Assembly: GCA_009103225.1 (NCBI GenBank) | Contig: RHPI01000401.1 | Span: forward strand, 1 to 64,000 | Direction: 5' to 3' | DNA from: Chlorokybus atmophyticus | Taxonomy: Eukaryota > Plantae > Mesostigma and Chlorokybus algae | Length of the DNA: 64,000 nucleotides | In this document: positions 21,700-34,647 of the stretch, in pieces | How positions within the stretch are numbered: position 1 is the stretch's first letter | Layout: each line of letters opens with the position of its first letter | Position numbers and translations under genes: made by a program | Notes under the pieces: generated by a model | Seen by the model: only the letters and a program-made list of their open reading frames with translations | The model's database searches: none | What the model was told of the DNA's origin: nothing

Positions 21700-24600
21700 A
21701 GCTGTATGAGCAGGCCCACCCTGTTCTCGCCAATAGCTGGAGCCCAACCTCCAACCTCATTTACGAGCGGACTAGTGATGGGAGTATTGACTGCAGCAGC
21801 AGAGGCTCGCGCTCTGTCTCCGAATTCACTCCGTTCCACTCTGCTCCTCGCCATCGAGTTTCACCACATTCTTCGGACAGTGCGACGACGAGATGGAGTC
21901 TTCTAGCTGAACCACATCCCTGCGCTTCTTTAGACATGCTGGCACCACCTTGATTCATGCATTCATCATCAAGTTCCACTCCAAGATGCGTTAGCAAGCT
22001 TTGAATAACAAAGACTGGTCAGATGAGATCTCCTTTCACATGGCTGCTCGGTAACTTGATTATGAGGCACACAATGTCAAAAAGTCCGTTGCTAAATTGC
22101 ATCGAGTTGATGGCTATGGCGAGCTCGCCAACGCCATAGCATCTGCATGTCTGAACAGTTCAGCCGCAGTTGCTACAGCTGCTACTACTCTACTTGCAGT
22201 CACTGGCTTGTTGCTAGCTGTAGCTGGACAATGCAGAGGAAGAGGAGCTCGAGGTGGTAGTAGCCAACCTAACTGCTGCAGAGATTGACACCAAGACAGC
22301 CGCACGGCAAGTCCAAATCCTCGGCCGCTTTGCTGACATCCTTGAAGAATAATGAGCTGCACAACAAGCTGCAGCTGCGGAGCTGAGCACACCTCTACCT
22401 CCAGCAACACCTAGCTTGCGTGTAGGAGGCAGTGTCTTCACCCTTGGGTCAATGGCACTGCGCACACCAGCCATCGCTGTAGGTGCTGCCATCTCTGACT
22501 CTCCACTTAAGGACTTGTACGCTGCACTGCGCCATACTTTCCCGCTTCAGACCACTAGCAAGGATGAGGAGGAGAGACAATTTGCGTTGGAAGCTGAGAC
22601 GCTTCCAATGCAAGCCCAATGAAGACCCTCTTTGGCTGTACTCCAGGCTGGAAGGTTTGCTGAAGGACACCGACTACAAGATAGTCAGTGAGGAGGCTAC
22701 TGCAGTGGTGTATGTCAATGAGTTGGACCCTGCGCTGAGCGAGTTGACGCGCCTGACCTTGAACTACAGCAGGCCCCTTAGCTACACGCTCAAAGAAGCC
22801 TTGGAGACTGCACAAGCCATCCACAAGCGCTTGGTGTACGAGATGGCAGTGCTGGACACCAACCGTAGTGCCTCACGGCCGGTAGTCAGCACAACTACCG
22901 AGCCTCCTCGCCGCGAACACAGCCGAGACGCTCCACCAGCACGCGACAGAGGGAAACGGTTAGCTCATGATGCTCTTGCTGCTTCTGTGCTGTGTTATCG
23001 CTGTGGACGGCATGGGCTCTACCAAAAGAAGTGCACTGAGGAATACTCAACCCTAGTCTGTGACCACTGTGACAAGATTGGTCACTTGGAGCGATCTGCT
23101 AGCTCAAGTCCCTGAGTTGCGGCCTGTCAACAGCTACAACAACAACTGTTCTGGTGGCTACAACAGCAACAACAGTGGATGCCACACTGGCAACAGCTCT
23201 GGTGGCTACAATAGCAACAACACTGGAGGCCACAACAGCAACAACGCTGGTAGTAGTAACAACAACAACAACAGCGCCGGCGCTTGGAAGGAAGAGCAAG
23301 GCTACAGGGGGGAGAACCGTCCTCCTTAGCGCAAAGGACCAGAAGTGCATCCGCGCGCTGCCGCTGTTGCCGCCAAGGTTCCAGCCAACCCACCAGCTGA
23401 TGACCATATGGCAGCCCTCATGGCGCGTATGGCACGCTTGGAGGAAGACAAGGAGCTATCGATTCGATATTTTAGTTGTTGGGCATTGATGGCACCAAAG
23501 CGTAAGCGAGACTCGAGCACTCCGTGTTGCGTTCAGCCATAACGGCGAGCACGAGAGGACGCTGCAACACTATCAGCAGCTACCTCCTCTGAAGCCACCA
23601 GTGTCTCTGCGTCGGCAGCAACAGCCACACTTGCAACAACGTCGACTCTGACAATGTCAGTAGCGACAACTCCAACTGCACCTGAAGGTAGCGCAACGGT
23701 GGCCACCATGGCTTCAACACTGGTGAGCACGATGGCAACTGCAGCTGCTGTCACAGCCTCTGCTTCAGTTGTCAGCGCCCACTTCAGCCATTGTTAAGAG
23801 CACACTCGCACCGCTGATCGGCACCATCGCTGCCACCTCCAGTGCCATTATCGAGCTCGCTGCCACCGCAGCGACGCGCACAGCCACTCTGCCCGTTCTC
23901 GACATTACTCAAGCTGTCCCAACAGGCCTGCAAGCTGAGCGAGCATGGAAAACCATCATGCGTGGAGCAGACTTGCTACCATTGCTCTTGGACCAGGAGG
24001 AGAGCGCACCACACAAGTGGCTCGCGGTGACCGCGCTATCCCCTTGCCCAAGTATCACAACCTGCAAGCTCTTAACTTGGGAGCAACTGGAGGACGAGAT
24101 TCTTGCCGGCACGACGCCTCGAGGAGCTCCCATGCGCGACCACGTTTTTTTTGTCACCTACAGGGCACCCGTCGTATTGAACTTGGCCCTGTAGCTGATT
24201 TAGACACTGCACGACACCATGTAGACCGCACCACGGCAGCCCTTGCGCGAACGCGTTGTCAACTGTGAACGCAGCCCGTTGGACACGTATCGTGATCGAC
24301 AACGGGCTGTGCAACAACGCATGGCGAAGCAACCAACATGCCTCTTGGCACCGACCCGGCACTGCAACAACTCACCACACCTCGGTGACAAGACCGTTAC
24401 TCCGCACAAGAGCAAGCAGTCCACTGGCGTCAGGACCAAGCAGCAGCCATCACCGTGCGTGCACAGGCACTTGCCGCCACGCGTGCTGCTATGCCTCAGC
24501 CAGCAGTCGCTGGCCCATCCTCTAGCGCGACCGTTCTCGCCGTCGACTGCCGAGGCGAGGGCGCTGGCCCAATAAACCAGGGGGGTGATCGCCCAGCTCC

Positions 24601-25560
24601 CTTCACTGGTGGAAGACTTGCCTAAAGAGCAGCGAGGTCCTACCTCACACGGCAGGGGTGTACAAAGAGGGGATGGGGCGGGCATGGTTGGAGAACAACA
24701 AATCCGCATTGCTCTGTTGCGACAAGCAACCATGTTGCATCGGCAAGAGGGCATCGGACTGAGACAGATGGGAATGCAAGAAGGTGGCAATGCAGCTCGG
24801 TCATGACTAGTCACTTGGCTGGTTGCCAACCACTTGGCAGTCCCCTTGATCGCGTTCGGCACCAAAGCGTCATGGTTGGACGCATTCCTTCGCTCCCTAC
24901 GGCAGGCCTATGAGGTGGCATCAGCAGCCACCGACACTCTGGAAGGGGCCCAAGAGGCCATTGTTAGGCAGTCAGGATCGGAAGCAACGCGACAACGCGC
25001 AAGCATTGCAGCTGCTTACGAGCAACACATGCAACAGCCGAAGATCTACCCCACTGTGCGCACTTGAGCGACAACAGTGCTAAAAATGGGCATTGTCAAC
25101 GGCAGGTGGGTGTCTACATGGCAGGGATCTCGGGGGTTCCAACCATCATCCATGATATCAGAGCACGGCTCTTACGAGTAGTATACCTGCAGCATATGCC
25201 CAAAACCACCGCTGTGGAGTTGCAACCAACAACCCCACGGCCACATGGGAGAGCACGCTGGTCCAAGTAGGGAAGCAGCCCACGCTTTGCGCTGGACCTA
25301 CTTGGAGGAGCAGGCTGCACGTGAAGCAGGCCCGCAAACACCAGGTCCTCCAGGGTTCCCTCCACAACCATTGGGCACACCACCCGGCATGATCCCGGCC
25401 GCGCAGAGGGTCAACCTTCCTGCACCACCGATGGGACAGCCTGCAGCACCTCCGGTGCCCAAACCTCAGCGGGTGTACCAACAGCCAAGGCAAGGACGGT
25501 GTGGACCAGACTTCGATCATGGATAGGGAGGCCCCTAAGACCCACCTAGGAGAGGTTAAG
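21700..25560 (+). mobile_element. Decayed Ty3/gypsy-like retroelement relic: gag with two zinc knuckles, no RT seen
   Basis: Gag-like LRWKLRRFQCKPNEDPLWLYSRL; knuckles CYRCGRHGLYQKKC (degenerate) and CDHCDKIGHLERS; Asn/Gly-rich linker; post-integrase-like LRSLRQAYEVA and STWQG...EHGSYE. Many stops and frameshifts; no LTR pair found. Confidence 0.55.
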
Positions 25561-26518
25561 TACATTTAGCTCCCATCCTAGCGTTAAGCCACGTGCTCAT
25601 AGTGACTTGGTGTCGCTGCTTCCACAACTATGCAATGTTGATGTGTGTGGGAGAATGACTTGGGTATACATGTGGATACTCAATTTCTACAGCACGACTG
25701 TGTAGGCAAATGTGTTTTGCTCAATGCACCTGTTGACGAGTAGTCAACTATGCTCAAGCATTATGTTGGTTGCAAGAGCAAGAGTACCCATAACACAAGT
25801 GCGTGTGTTGTGGTACGCAAGCACCGCGGGTCACAGACTCGGCTTGGTCAAGGCATGCAAGTGTTGGGTGAAGTCAAGCTTGGTAAGATGCATGCTCGTG
25901 TGTTGTACGATCCTCCCTGCCATTCACTAAGTAAGTACTTTAGACTTGACTTGGCTGTTCAAGGCATCAGTTGCGCATGTGCTGTGTATCTTAACACTAG
26001 GCTGGCCGGTAACTGTACTGCATTCAGTACTGTTGTAATGCAACTTAGGTAACATGCTACCATAGACATAGACCTCTATAAATCAAACCCTCTTGAGAAG
26101 GCATTCCTTATGACGTAAACATTCATGAAAAATTACTCGTTGGGCTAATCGGCACACGAGCGTAATCTGAAAACCCAAACATGCTTATAGACATGCAGCC
26201 TGCGGCTGCGCAATGTGCCATGATGTTTTCACTTGAAGAACATCCCAAACTTGGTAATGTGGGTGCGAGTGAGTATAGCATGTGTTTGCTAGCATGTATT
26301 GATGACATTGCAATGTTGGTAGCCATAATATGCTGAATATAGCATGAGTTATTTCAAAATTACTCAATGAGTCATGCTGTGCTGCAGTTGTGGTATGACT
26401 TTAAAAATCTGGGGGTGCTACACTATAAAGTAATAAATCTTAACGTCACTTTTCTCATGTAGGCCAACTTCCGCTGCCAACCATATATGGCACGACTATA
26501 GATCAATACCACACAGGA

Positions 26519-26560
26519 TTAGGGTTAGGGTTAGGGTTAGGGTTAGGGTTAGGGTTAGTG
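26519..26560 (+). repeat. Interstitial telomere-type repeat (TTAGGG)6 followed by TTAGTG
   Basis: Six perfect TTAGGG units at 26519-26554 then TTAGTG. Confidence 0.95.
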
Positions 26561-26628
26561 GCCAAGAAAGTCCAATTTTCGGTAATTTCTAAAATACAAG
26601 TACAATATATAGTACAGTAGCCATCCGA

Positions 26629-26850
26629 GTGTTAATGATAGACACGGGCACGCCAGAGAACGTGAGCGAACCTCTTGTGCGGCGCTTATGCATTCGTGTC
26701 ACCAAGTGTGATGGCCCGATTGTTGCCCTGAATAAGCATGAGATCCTTGTGCGGGGAGTTGTGCGCTTGTCCGTGCATGTGCAAGGCTATAATGCTCAAC
26801 TCAGCTTCTTCGTCATCCATGTTGAGGTGCCAGGCGTGGAGATCCAATAA
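26629..26850 (+). pseudogene. Retropepsin (Ty3/gypsy-type aspartic protease) fragment
   Basis: LMIDTGTPENVSEPLVRRLCI...GVVRLSVHVQGY...FFVI, with the D-T-G catalytic motif and typical spacing. Confidence 0.65.
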
Positions 26851-27038
26851 TTGCTTGTGGCGCCACGCGACTTAAAATAGTGCATCGAGGCCGTTGAACA
26901 CGATTAGGCTGTTAAGCAACCTTCATTAATAAAATGCGCGGGACTAAAAGACGCTGCAAAAATAAGGTTCTTTCCCATGCCGCCAGGATTATGGCGCCAT
27001 ACAAAGAGTTTATCTACATATATTATGTAGAATTGTAA

Positions 27039-27453
27039 GATCATGGATTCAATAAATATATGACGTGATAATTACGTATGACACAATGCACAAACCATAC
27101 ATCTTATGCAATATTAATCGATCAAGAGGGTTATTTTATATATGATCATCATTGCCCACTTAATGAATGTTCATCAATAGCATTAAGTACATGACGTGAC
27201 TATATATAATATATATAAAACTTAAAGTTTATATATTATGCCATATTGATGGATCATGGTGAACAATGAATACATGTTGTGATGATATACATTACTACAA
27301 TGCACAGACTTTGTATATTATGCATTATTAACGGGTTAAAAGGGTCATTACGTATATAATAAAAAATAATACACTAAATGAATGTCTACCAATAGCAATA
27401 AGTACATGACGTAATCAATTATGTAGATTTTATATGATATAAAGAATTAATAC

Positions 27454-27486
<33 letters not shown>

Positions 27487-27611
27487 TGTGATGTTAATAT
27501 TAACAGATCATAGTTAAAATGAATAAATGCCGTGATAATATACTTGATATAATGCACAAACTTTATACATTATGCAATATTGGTGGATCATGAAGGGTTA
27601 TTATATATATG
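27039..27611. repeat. AT-rich degenerate direct repeats, three copies of about 105 bp
   Basis: GATCAT(G/A)G...AATGCACA...TTATGCA.TATT...AGGGT.ATT at about 27039, 27252 and 27507. Confidence 0.7.
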
Positions 27612-27851
27612 CCAATGAAGGTCCATGTGGCGCCATATGTACACGGTGCACATGGCTGTGCTCAGTTTTATGATTATAATTGTTATATGCCATTCTTGAG
27701 TAGTGTGACTTGTGAGGGATGTCTTTTATGGCCACGATCGGCTGTGAGTTGATTAAACGGTGCGGCAATGGTCGCTGAGAGCCGAGCCAATCAGTGACAA
27801 GCGCAGTTCGCGGCCGTCACACCGTTACCAACGCGGGCTTGCGTTGAGCAT

Positions 27852-29259
27852 CACACAGAGTCTCCACGGTGTTCAATCTTGTTACAGACTATTGTCTCAT
27901 TGGTTGCACGCAGCCAATGAGGGGTAAACAGCTGGCTGGGTATGTTGGGCACAATGGATTGCATTGATTGGAATGCGTTCCTCTGCGGTAGCATGCGCTA
28001 CAAGTCTGCCCCAGCTGCAACCCAGTTGGTGAAAGACTGTGAAATCGTACGGTGCTCAAGACAATGTGTCCGCACCGTCCAATTCACCAACACGCGGAAG
28101 TGTCAAGGCCGTCCACAACAAGCTGTTGGATCTAGCAACAGCTTGCGCTCGACCTCAATACATGTCAGATCATGATCGCGAAAACACCGGTGTATACAGT
28201 GTGAGGGAATCAGGGTGGGTGGGATACGACACTGTTCACACGCCGGTGCTTGCCGCCGCCTCCGCCGATAGCCTTAGCGACAGCCACATGGGTGGCGTGG
28301 CCATACGGCGGTTGTGGTCAACGTGTGCGCACAACGAGCTTGTGCGCACAAGGTGCTCAGCGATGGCTGGCGCACAAGGGGTGCGATACGGCAGGTAAGT
28401 CCTCTTCGGCATTAAATGTATGCCCAGAGCTAGCCAATTGCATAGCAACTCTGTATGAAAGAACACACAGAGTCTCCACGGTGTTCAATCTTGTTACAGA
28501 CTATTGTCTCATTGGTTGCACGCAGCCAACGAGGGGTAAACAGCTGGCTGGGTATGTTGGGCACAATGGATTGCATTGATTGGAATGCGTTCCTCTGCGG
28601 TAGCATGCGCTACAAGTCTGCCCAACTTCACTTACAGCTGCAACCCAGTTGGTGAAAGACTGTGAAATCGTACGGTGCTCAAGACAATGTGTCCGCACCG
28701 TCCAATTCACCAACACGCGGAAGTGTCAAGGCCGTCCACAACAAGCTGTTGGATCTAGCAACAGCTTGCGCTCGACCTCAATACATGTCAGATCATGATC
28801 GCGAAAACACCGGTGTATACAGTGTGAGGGAATCAGGGTGGGTGGGATACGACACTGTTCACACGCCGGTGCTTGCCGCCGCCTCCGCCGATAGCCTTAG
28901 CGACAGCCACATGGGTGGCGTGGCCATACGGCGGTTGTGGTCAACGTGTGCGCACAACGAGCTTGTGCGCACAAGGTGCTCAGCGATGGCTGGCGCACAA
29001 GGGGTGCGATACGGCAGGTAAGTCCTCTTCGGCATTAAATGTATGCCCAGAGCTAGCCAATTGCATAGCAACTCTGTATGAAAGAACACACAGAGTCTCC
29101 ACGGTGTTCAATCTTGTTACAGACTATTGTCTCATTGGTTGCACGCAGCCAACGAGGGGTAAACAGCTGGCTGGGTATGTTGGGCACAATGGATTGCATT
29201 GATTGGAATGCGTTCCTCTGCGGTAGCATGCGCTACAAGTCTGCCCAACTTCACTTACA
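27852..29259. repeat. Terminal repeat block of the YR retrotransposon, 612/623-bp period
   Basis: CACACAGAGTCTCC starts at 27852, 28464 and 29087; the first copy lacks 11 bp. Confidence 0.95.
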
Positions 29260-29277
29260 TGCTTTAACGCAGCAAGC

Positions 29278-30631
29278 ATGCTAACAGATGCCCAACAGTA
29301 TTGCAGCTTCGCACAAGAACTGCAAAGGCAAGCAGTGCAAGAGAACTGGCGAGCATTGCAACAGGCAGCACGCGCGTGGGATGTCAACACTGCACAAGCT
29401 CGCGACGAAGCAAGAGTTGCATTGAAGCGCGCGCAAGCCATAGCACGCAACGGCAACAGTGCAACTCACACTCATCACCAAGGCAAAGAGTGGAGCGAGT
29501 TCATTGCTTACTTGCGCGCAATCGAAGTGGAAGTAAGTGAGGTTACACCCGCTGTAGTTGTTGCATACATAGAGGGTGCATGGCACAGCAGACATGGCAA
29601 GCATGGTCGCGTTACCACGGCCAGCGGGCAGCGCAGACTATCTAGTCGCACTGTGCGCAACGCCGTCAGCAAGTTGTCCATGAGCTTTACCTAACTGGGA
29701 TTTGGACAACATTGGGACAGCCATCAGCAGCGCGGCAACCCTTGCCGGGACCACATAGTCAGCGCTTACTTGCGAGGACTGGATGTTAGTAGTGCCCAAG
29801 CGGGCATCACCATACAACAAGCCCACCCGTTGGGGTTGGAAGACATGCGCAAGCTGCTCGCGCACATGGAGCTGCGCATCAGTGCCAGCAACGGACCCCC
29901 AAAGGTGAGGTTTACTTAGTCTGCACTCGCACGCAAACTTGTGACACCCAGTCAATGACGCAGGTACTATTGATGCGGGATAGGCTAATCTTCATTTACC
30001 TATGGTTATCGTGGCAACGCGGAGCGGAGGGGTGCAAGTTGCAACTGGAGAGCATTTCACAGCAAGCAGAGGTATGAGCACGACGTCTCATTGCCAATGC
30101 CACCGGCATCAACACCATTTGATGCAGGCAACGTGCATTCAACCGGGGTTGCTGAAGAATTACAAGTCTAGCCCTGCACCTAGCATCACCTTTGGCAATG
30201 GCGGGCTAGACCTTAAGTTCAAAGAGGAGTTACAGCACTTTCAAGCCACTGCTGCAGAGCACCACCTAGCAATCAAGTCAGGCTATATATTTCGTGCAAT
30301 GCATCAGAGCCAAAAGAGCTGGGTAGATGGCCCCCTTGGGCGGGACGCAGTGTACGCAAGCTTCATCAAGCATGCGCAAGCATGCGGAATCCATCAACCT
30401 CACATGGCACTTCACAGCTTCAAGAGAGGTGGACTGCTCGCAGCATATCAGCAAGGTGTGGACTTCCAAGCACTACAAGCTCATGGGCTATGGAAATGCG
30501 AGCGAACAGTTCTGCACTACCTTGGCCAGGTACTACCCTACCATGCTACATACAATGCCACATGCGAAAACCTGCCAGGTGATCTCACATGCTGCGGCAC
30601 GCGTGGTGTGGGCTCAAACATACTGGGGTGA
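29278..30631 (+). pseudogene. Tyrosine recombinase with two spliceosomal introns and one in-frame TAA
   Basis: Introns 29905-29963 and 30072-30127 (GT-AG, phase 0) join RDRLIFIYLWLSWQRGAE (catalytic R) to HSFKRGG (HxxR) and HGLWKCERTVLHY (Y). TAA at 29692-29694. Confidence 0.88.
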
Positions 30632-32698
30632 GCTTGCCATTGAAGACGCCCGCGCACTGGCCAACTCACCACCTTAGGCCACCATGGCTTGTGCGGCCAT
30701 TTAGGCAACACCACCACCGCAGGCAGCCGAAAGAAGGATACTAAGCACTGCCTGCGACAGGAGACCCAACGGCGGCACCACCAACAGCAGAGGGTGATCC
30801 CCGGCGTGCTCCCGCCAGTTGATCGAGAGGGCATTACCCAAAGAGCCGGGCATGATCCACTGTGAGAAGTAAGCTGCAGCACGTGATGTCACATCGGAAG
30901 CAAACACGGCCAATGTGAAGATTCCAAACACCAACAACCTGTGATAATGCGCATCTGCTAGTGCCCAATCACCTGCATCCTCCAACTTGGACAACGCATC
31001 CTCGGCAGCTAAGCACTCCCGTGGTGCCCAATGAAGCTGAAGATGAACGTCCCGTGCCCACAACAGCTCCCACAACTCAAAAAGATGATGTCTCAACGGT
31101 AGCAAGCTAGTGGACAGAGTACTGAGGATAGACAGTGCTGGCTGACAATCACCTTCTAAGCATATGGTCACATGCTGTAGCTCTGACCTAGCACGCAGCA
31201 ACTCCATCACCAACAACATGTATGCCAATGCTTCCTTGCCCGATGGTGGCAACAACAGCTGATTACGGGTGAAGTTGCCCACCAACGGCCCCCATGGTGT
31301 GGTAGCACCCCATCCGCACACACCTGAAGCATCCGCACGCACCAAGCATGCCGTGGGTGGCTGCCACCATGCTCTGCCGTGGTACTTGCGCACATGCTGC
31401 AGCAACCACATCGCCAAGTCCACTGTGTGCGCAGCTGAGGGGTACTCAGCATCCCACGCACGGCCATAATCCACCAGCTGCATCAAAGAGCGTGCAAACA
31501 GCCGCACAGGTGGGAGCGCCAACCTGTAAGCCAACAACTTGCCTGCCACCTTCGCCAGCCATCTGTTCGAATGCTCGGTGGCCACACCCAACGCCTGCAA
31601 TTGCGCCTCCAAGGCGCGCAGCTTTGCCTCCGGAATTGCAAAGAGACCGATCTCAGTATCCACGATCAAGCCCAAGAACTTCAGCCGCAGCAGAGGCCAG
31701 GTGACGCACTTGGCAAGCCCAAAAAACCAACCAAGCGCAGCGAACAGGAGCATGACTGTGCGGATTCGCCACAACAAATGACGAAAGGAAGGATGAGCCA
31801 TGTGTATGTCATCGATGTAAGCCACAGTCCCTATGCCGGCCTCCCGCAGTGGCCTGTGCACCACCTGCTGAATTACAGTGAAGGCGTAGCAGGCCTGGTT
31901 GAGGCCGAAAGGCAGGACATTCCACCTAAAAAATCTGCCCCTATAAGCCATCGCCAAGTAACACCTGTCTGGCTTGCGCACAGGGACGTGGTGATAACCA
32001 CTCTTCATGTCGAATGTCGACTGGTATGCACCCACCCCCGTGTAGTGCAGAACATCAGTCAAGCGCTCGTAGTGAACAGGAATATGTTCTAAGTACAGGT
32101 TGACGTACCGCAGATCCATGATCAACCTAAGCTTGGGCTGATCGACAACACCAATGCCGGTCACAACGGTGACGTCCTCACGTCTCACCTCCTCCACCGC
32201 ACCTGTCTCTACCAGGTTGGCCAGCTCTGCACACACGAAGTCCTCATGCTGCAAGCTGGCATCGCGATTGGACAAGTGCAGTGGTGGTGGCAGATTCTGG
32301 GCCAGCATGGTGTCGACTTCGTACATGGCCAGACCCTCCTTCAGCAGAGTCTTTGTCACCTGGTCACGCTTGCGTGCTGCTGCTCCCGCGGTGCCAACGA
32401 AGCGGAGGGGGTAGCCATCCCGGAACCACTTGAGCACTCTGCGCGCCAGAGGGTTGCTAGTTGCTGCACACCACATGCGCGACGCCTCCATGTGCTGGCT
32501 CGGCATACCCGCCACAAATCTGCCCGCATCGTGCATGAATGCTGCCAGCATGGTATGCCACTCATGCTCATCAATAGCTGGCAGCTCCGGTTGATCCCCC
32601 ACCTGCTTCAAGTTGTCCAAACTTGCTGCACCTCGTGGGCTTGCCGTGCTACTAGCCAGGGCGCAGATGCCCGCACAGCTGGTAGCTGCCAGGGTTGG
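30610..32698 (-). CDS. DIRS-type reverse transcriptase - RNase H - degenerate N6-adenine MTase-like domain
   Basis: KLRLIMDLRYVN, DMKSGYHHV, LPFGL, YIDD; RNase H ADASG / EALA / GDCQ / EDALSK; MT-like DWAL...LAVFAS...VVPP. Frameshift near 30700 before PKWPHKPWWP. Confidence 0.92.
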
Positions 32699-33960
32699 TC
32701 ATGTGCGGACAGCAAGCCAGCCGACAGTAGCGGCTGTTTGTCTAGAGCATTAAAGAATGCGTCGCTGTCCGCATGCACAGCTCGCGGCGAGTGCGCGACA
32801 CCTTCGTCATCGCAGGCCCTGTCACAGCGGCCAGCGGTAGTGCTAGCGACCAATGGTAGACCAGCAGCAGCAAGCTGCAGCTCAGCAGCGGAGGCATGTA
32901 CGTGGCCAGCAGCACCGAGGCCAGGGTCAGGCGCTGGGTCGGCTGAATGTGCAGGTGCGACGGCGCAAGCAACGGCGCTGCCCGGTGGAGCAGATGCAAC
33001 TGCAAGGTGACTCCCGCTCCCAATGGGGATACCCCTGGAGCTTGCAAAAGACCAGAATCACACACGCTACGCGCTGAACGCCCCCCCAGATAGCATGCAC
33101 GCAGGCACATGCCAAGCAGGCGCTGATACATGCAATGCGCACTCACAGCAGCGACTAGCAGGGAAAGGAAATGTAGTAATTGAACAGAACAAAGAGAGGG
33201 TGATGTAGCTGCTAGCATAAAGAACTAAGCACACGGAAAAGAATAGAAAGAAACAACGCGAAGCCTAACCACAACACAAGTACTACGGCTGCCCAAAGCG
33301 CAGCAGCAAAGCTCACATGCGACGGCGGTTGTCGCCTCTATTGTTGTTGCCATTGTTGTTGCCGTTGTTGCCACCGTAGGTGGTGTTGCCATAGGGCTGA
33401 GTCCTTTGCTGCTTGCCTGACCTGTGGTAGCCATCGTCGCTGCCAGGATAGGTGTTGTTGTAGTTGTTGTTGTTGCGCACAGGGCCAGGTGCAGGCCTCC
33501 AAGTTCTGCTGAGTGGCAGCGCGAATTAAACAGGCGTTGCGCTAGGCCTCTCGCTGTGCGAAACAGCCGGCTGCAGATGCAGCGTGCACATGCGCAGCTG
33601 CCCGGATGACGGGACAACCGGCTGACGAATAGGTTACCCAAGCAAGGCAACCCGAATAGCGGGACAACCTGCAACTGCACAGCTACCCGAATAACGGGAC
33701 GGCCAGCTGAAGAACAGGACGAGCAAGCACGGTCGCCTGAATAGCGGGACAGCCGGCCGAGCTAGCTGCCCGAACAACGGGACAACCGCTGACAACATAG
33801 CTGTACGGGTGTGCTTGCAGCCATCTGAGTGACGAGACATAGGAAGGAAATAGTGCGAAGGCGCATGCGTGACAGCCGGTGACGCCGACAGCTGATGAGG
33901 ATGACGCTAGCGCTCTACCGCTGAGCTGCACGACCGCATGCAGGGACAAGTGCGACAGCA
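32608..33960 (-). pseudogene. Decayed gag-like ORF1 of the YR retrotransposon
   Basis: Lies upstream of and overlaps the RT ORF; Asn/Gly-rich segment, degenerate VVPLFGQL-type repeats, several stops and frameshifts. Confidence 0.45.
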
Positions 33961-34579
33961 CCGTTCCCAGTAGCCAGCACCGGACACTAGGCTAGGTACG
34001 CAGCTACGCAGCAGGCAGGCTACAAGCAGTTGCGGGTAGCGGCCCTGGCCGTCCACAACAAGCTGTTGGATCTAGCAACAACTTGCGCTCGACCTCGATA
34101 CATGTCAGATCATGATCGCGAAAACACCGGTGTATACAGTGTGAGGGAATCAGGGTGGGTGGGATACGACACTGTTCACACGCCGGTGCTTGCCGCCGCC
34201 TCCGCCGATAGCCTTAGCGACAGGCACATGGGTGGCGTGGCCATACGGCGGTTGTGGTCAACGTGTGCGCACAACGAGCTTGTGCGCACAAGGTGCTCAG
34301 CGATGGCTGGCGCACAAGGGGTGCGATACGGCAGGTAAGTCCTCTACGGCATTAAATGTATGCCCAGAGCTAGCCAATTGCATAGCAACTCTGTATAAAA
34401 GAACACCCCTGGTTGTAATTAATAGATTGCGTGCGGTTATTGGCTGCTGTGCGCAGTTTGACCCTGCTGTGCGCTGCCTCTCTTGCATCAATGTGTGTTT
34501 TGCATAAGCTCCACTAAACAGTCTATACATTCTCGGGTACCGGGTACTGGTAACAGAATATGTTTTAATTTCAGAAATT

Positions 34580-34647
34580 AAGAGAATACCCCCGTTGGTG
34601 GCATAAAAGCTCATAAATAAACGTGATTCTTACAACGGGGGAGACTG
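34580..34647. mobile_element. Right end of a Tc1/mariner-like MITE family also present at 62951-63410
   Basis: AAGAGAATACCCCCGTTGGTGG...AAACGTGATTCTTACAACGGGGGAGACTG|TA aligns with the right end of the 63-kb MITE. Confidence 0.65.

Larger units (their letters stand above)
27852..34406 (-). mobile_element. DIRS-order (PAT/kangaroo-like) tyrosine-recombinase retrotransposon with split direct repeats
   Basis: gag relic and RT-RNaseH-MT on the minus strand, YR on the plus strand. Repeat A (about 360 bp) at 34047-34406, 28730-29089 and 28107-28466; repeat B (about 170 bp) at 29087-29259, 28464-28636 and 27852 to about 28012. Both ends and the internal A/B junctions share CAC. Confidence 0.9.

Noticed and set aside
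26519-26560. True chromosome end
   Set aside because: Only six repeats, with unique sequence on both sides.
2375-29694. Reassigned genetic code (TAA = Gln) suggested by three in-frame TAA codons in conserved domains
   Set aside because: Long callose synthase exons, the 639-aa RT ORF, the MTase and the transposase contain many CAA/CAG Gln codons and no in-frame TAA/TAG. Isolated mutations explain the stops better.
30701-31000. Active adenine methyltransferase in the DIRS element
   Set aside because: This domain is a normal part of DIRS pol, and here the motifs are degenerate (LAVFAS, VVPP) and followed by a frameshift.
32246-33010. 254-aa plus-strand ORF
   Set aside because: Antisense shadow of the RT and gag coding region with no motif of its own.
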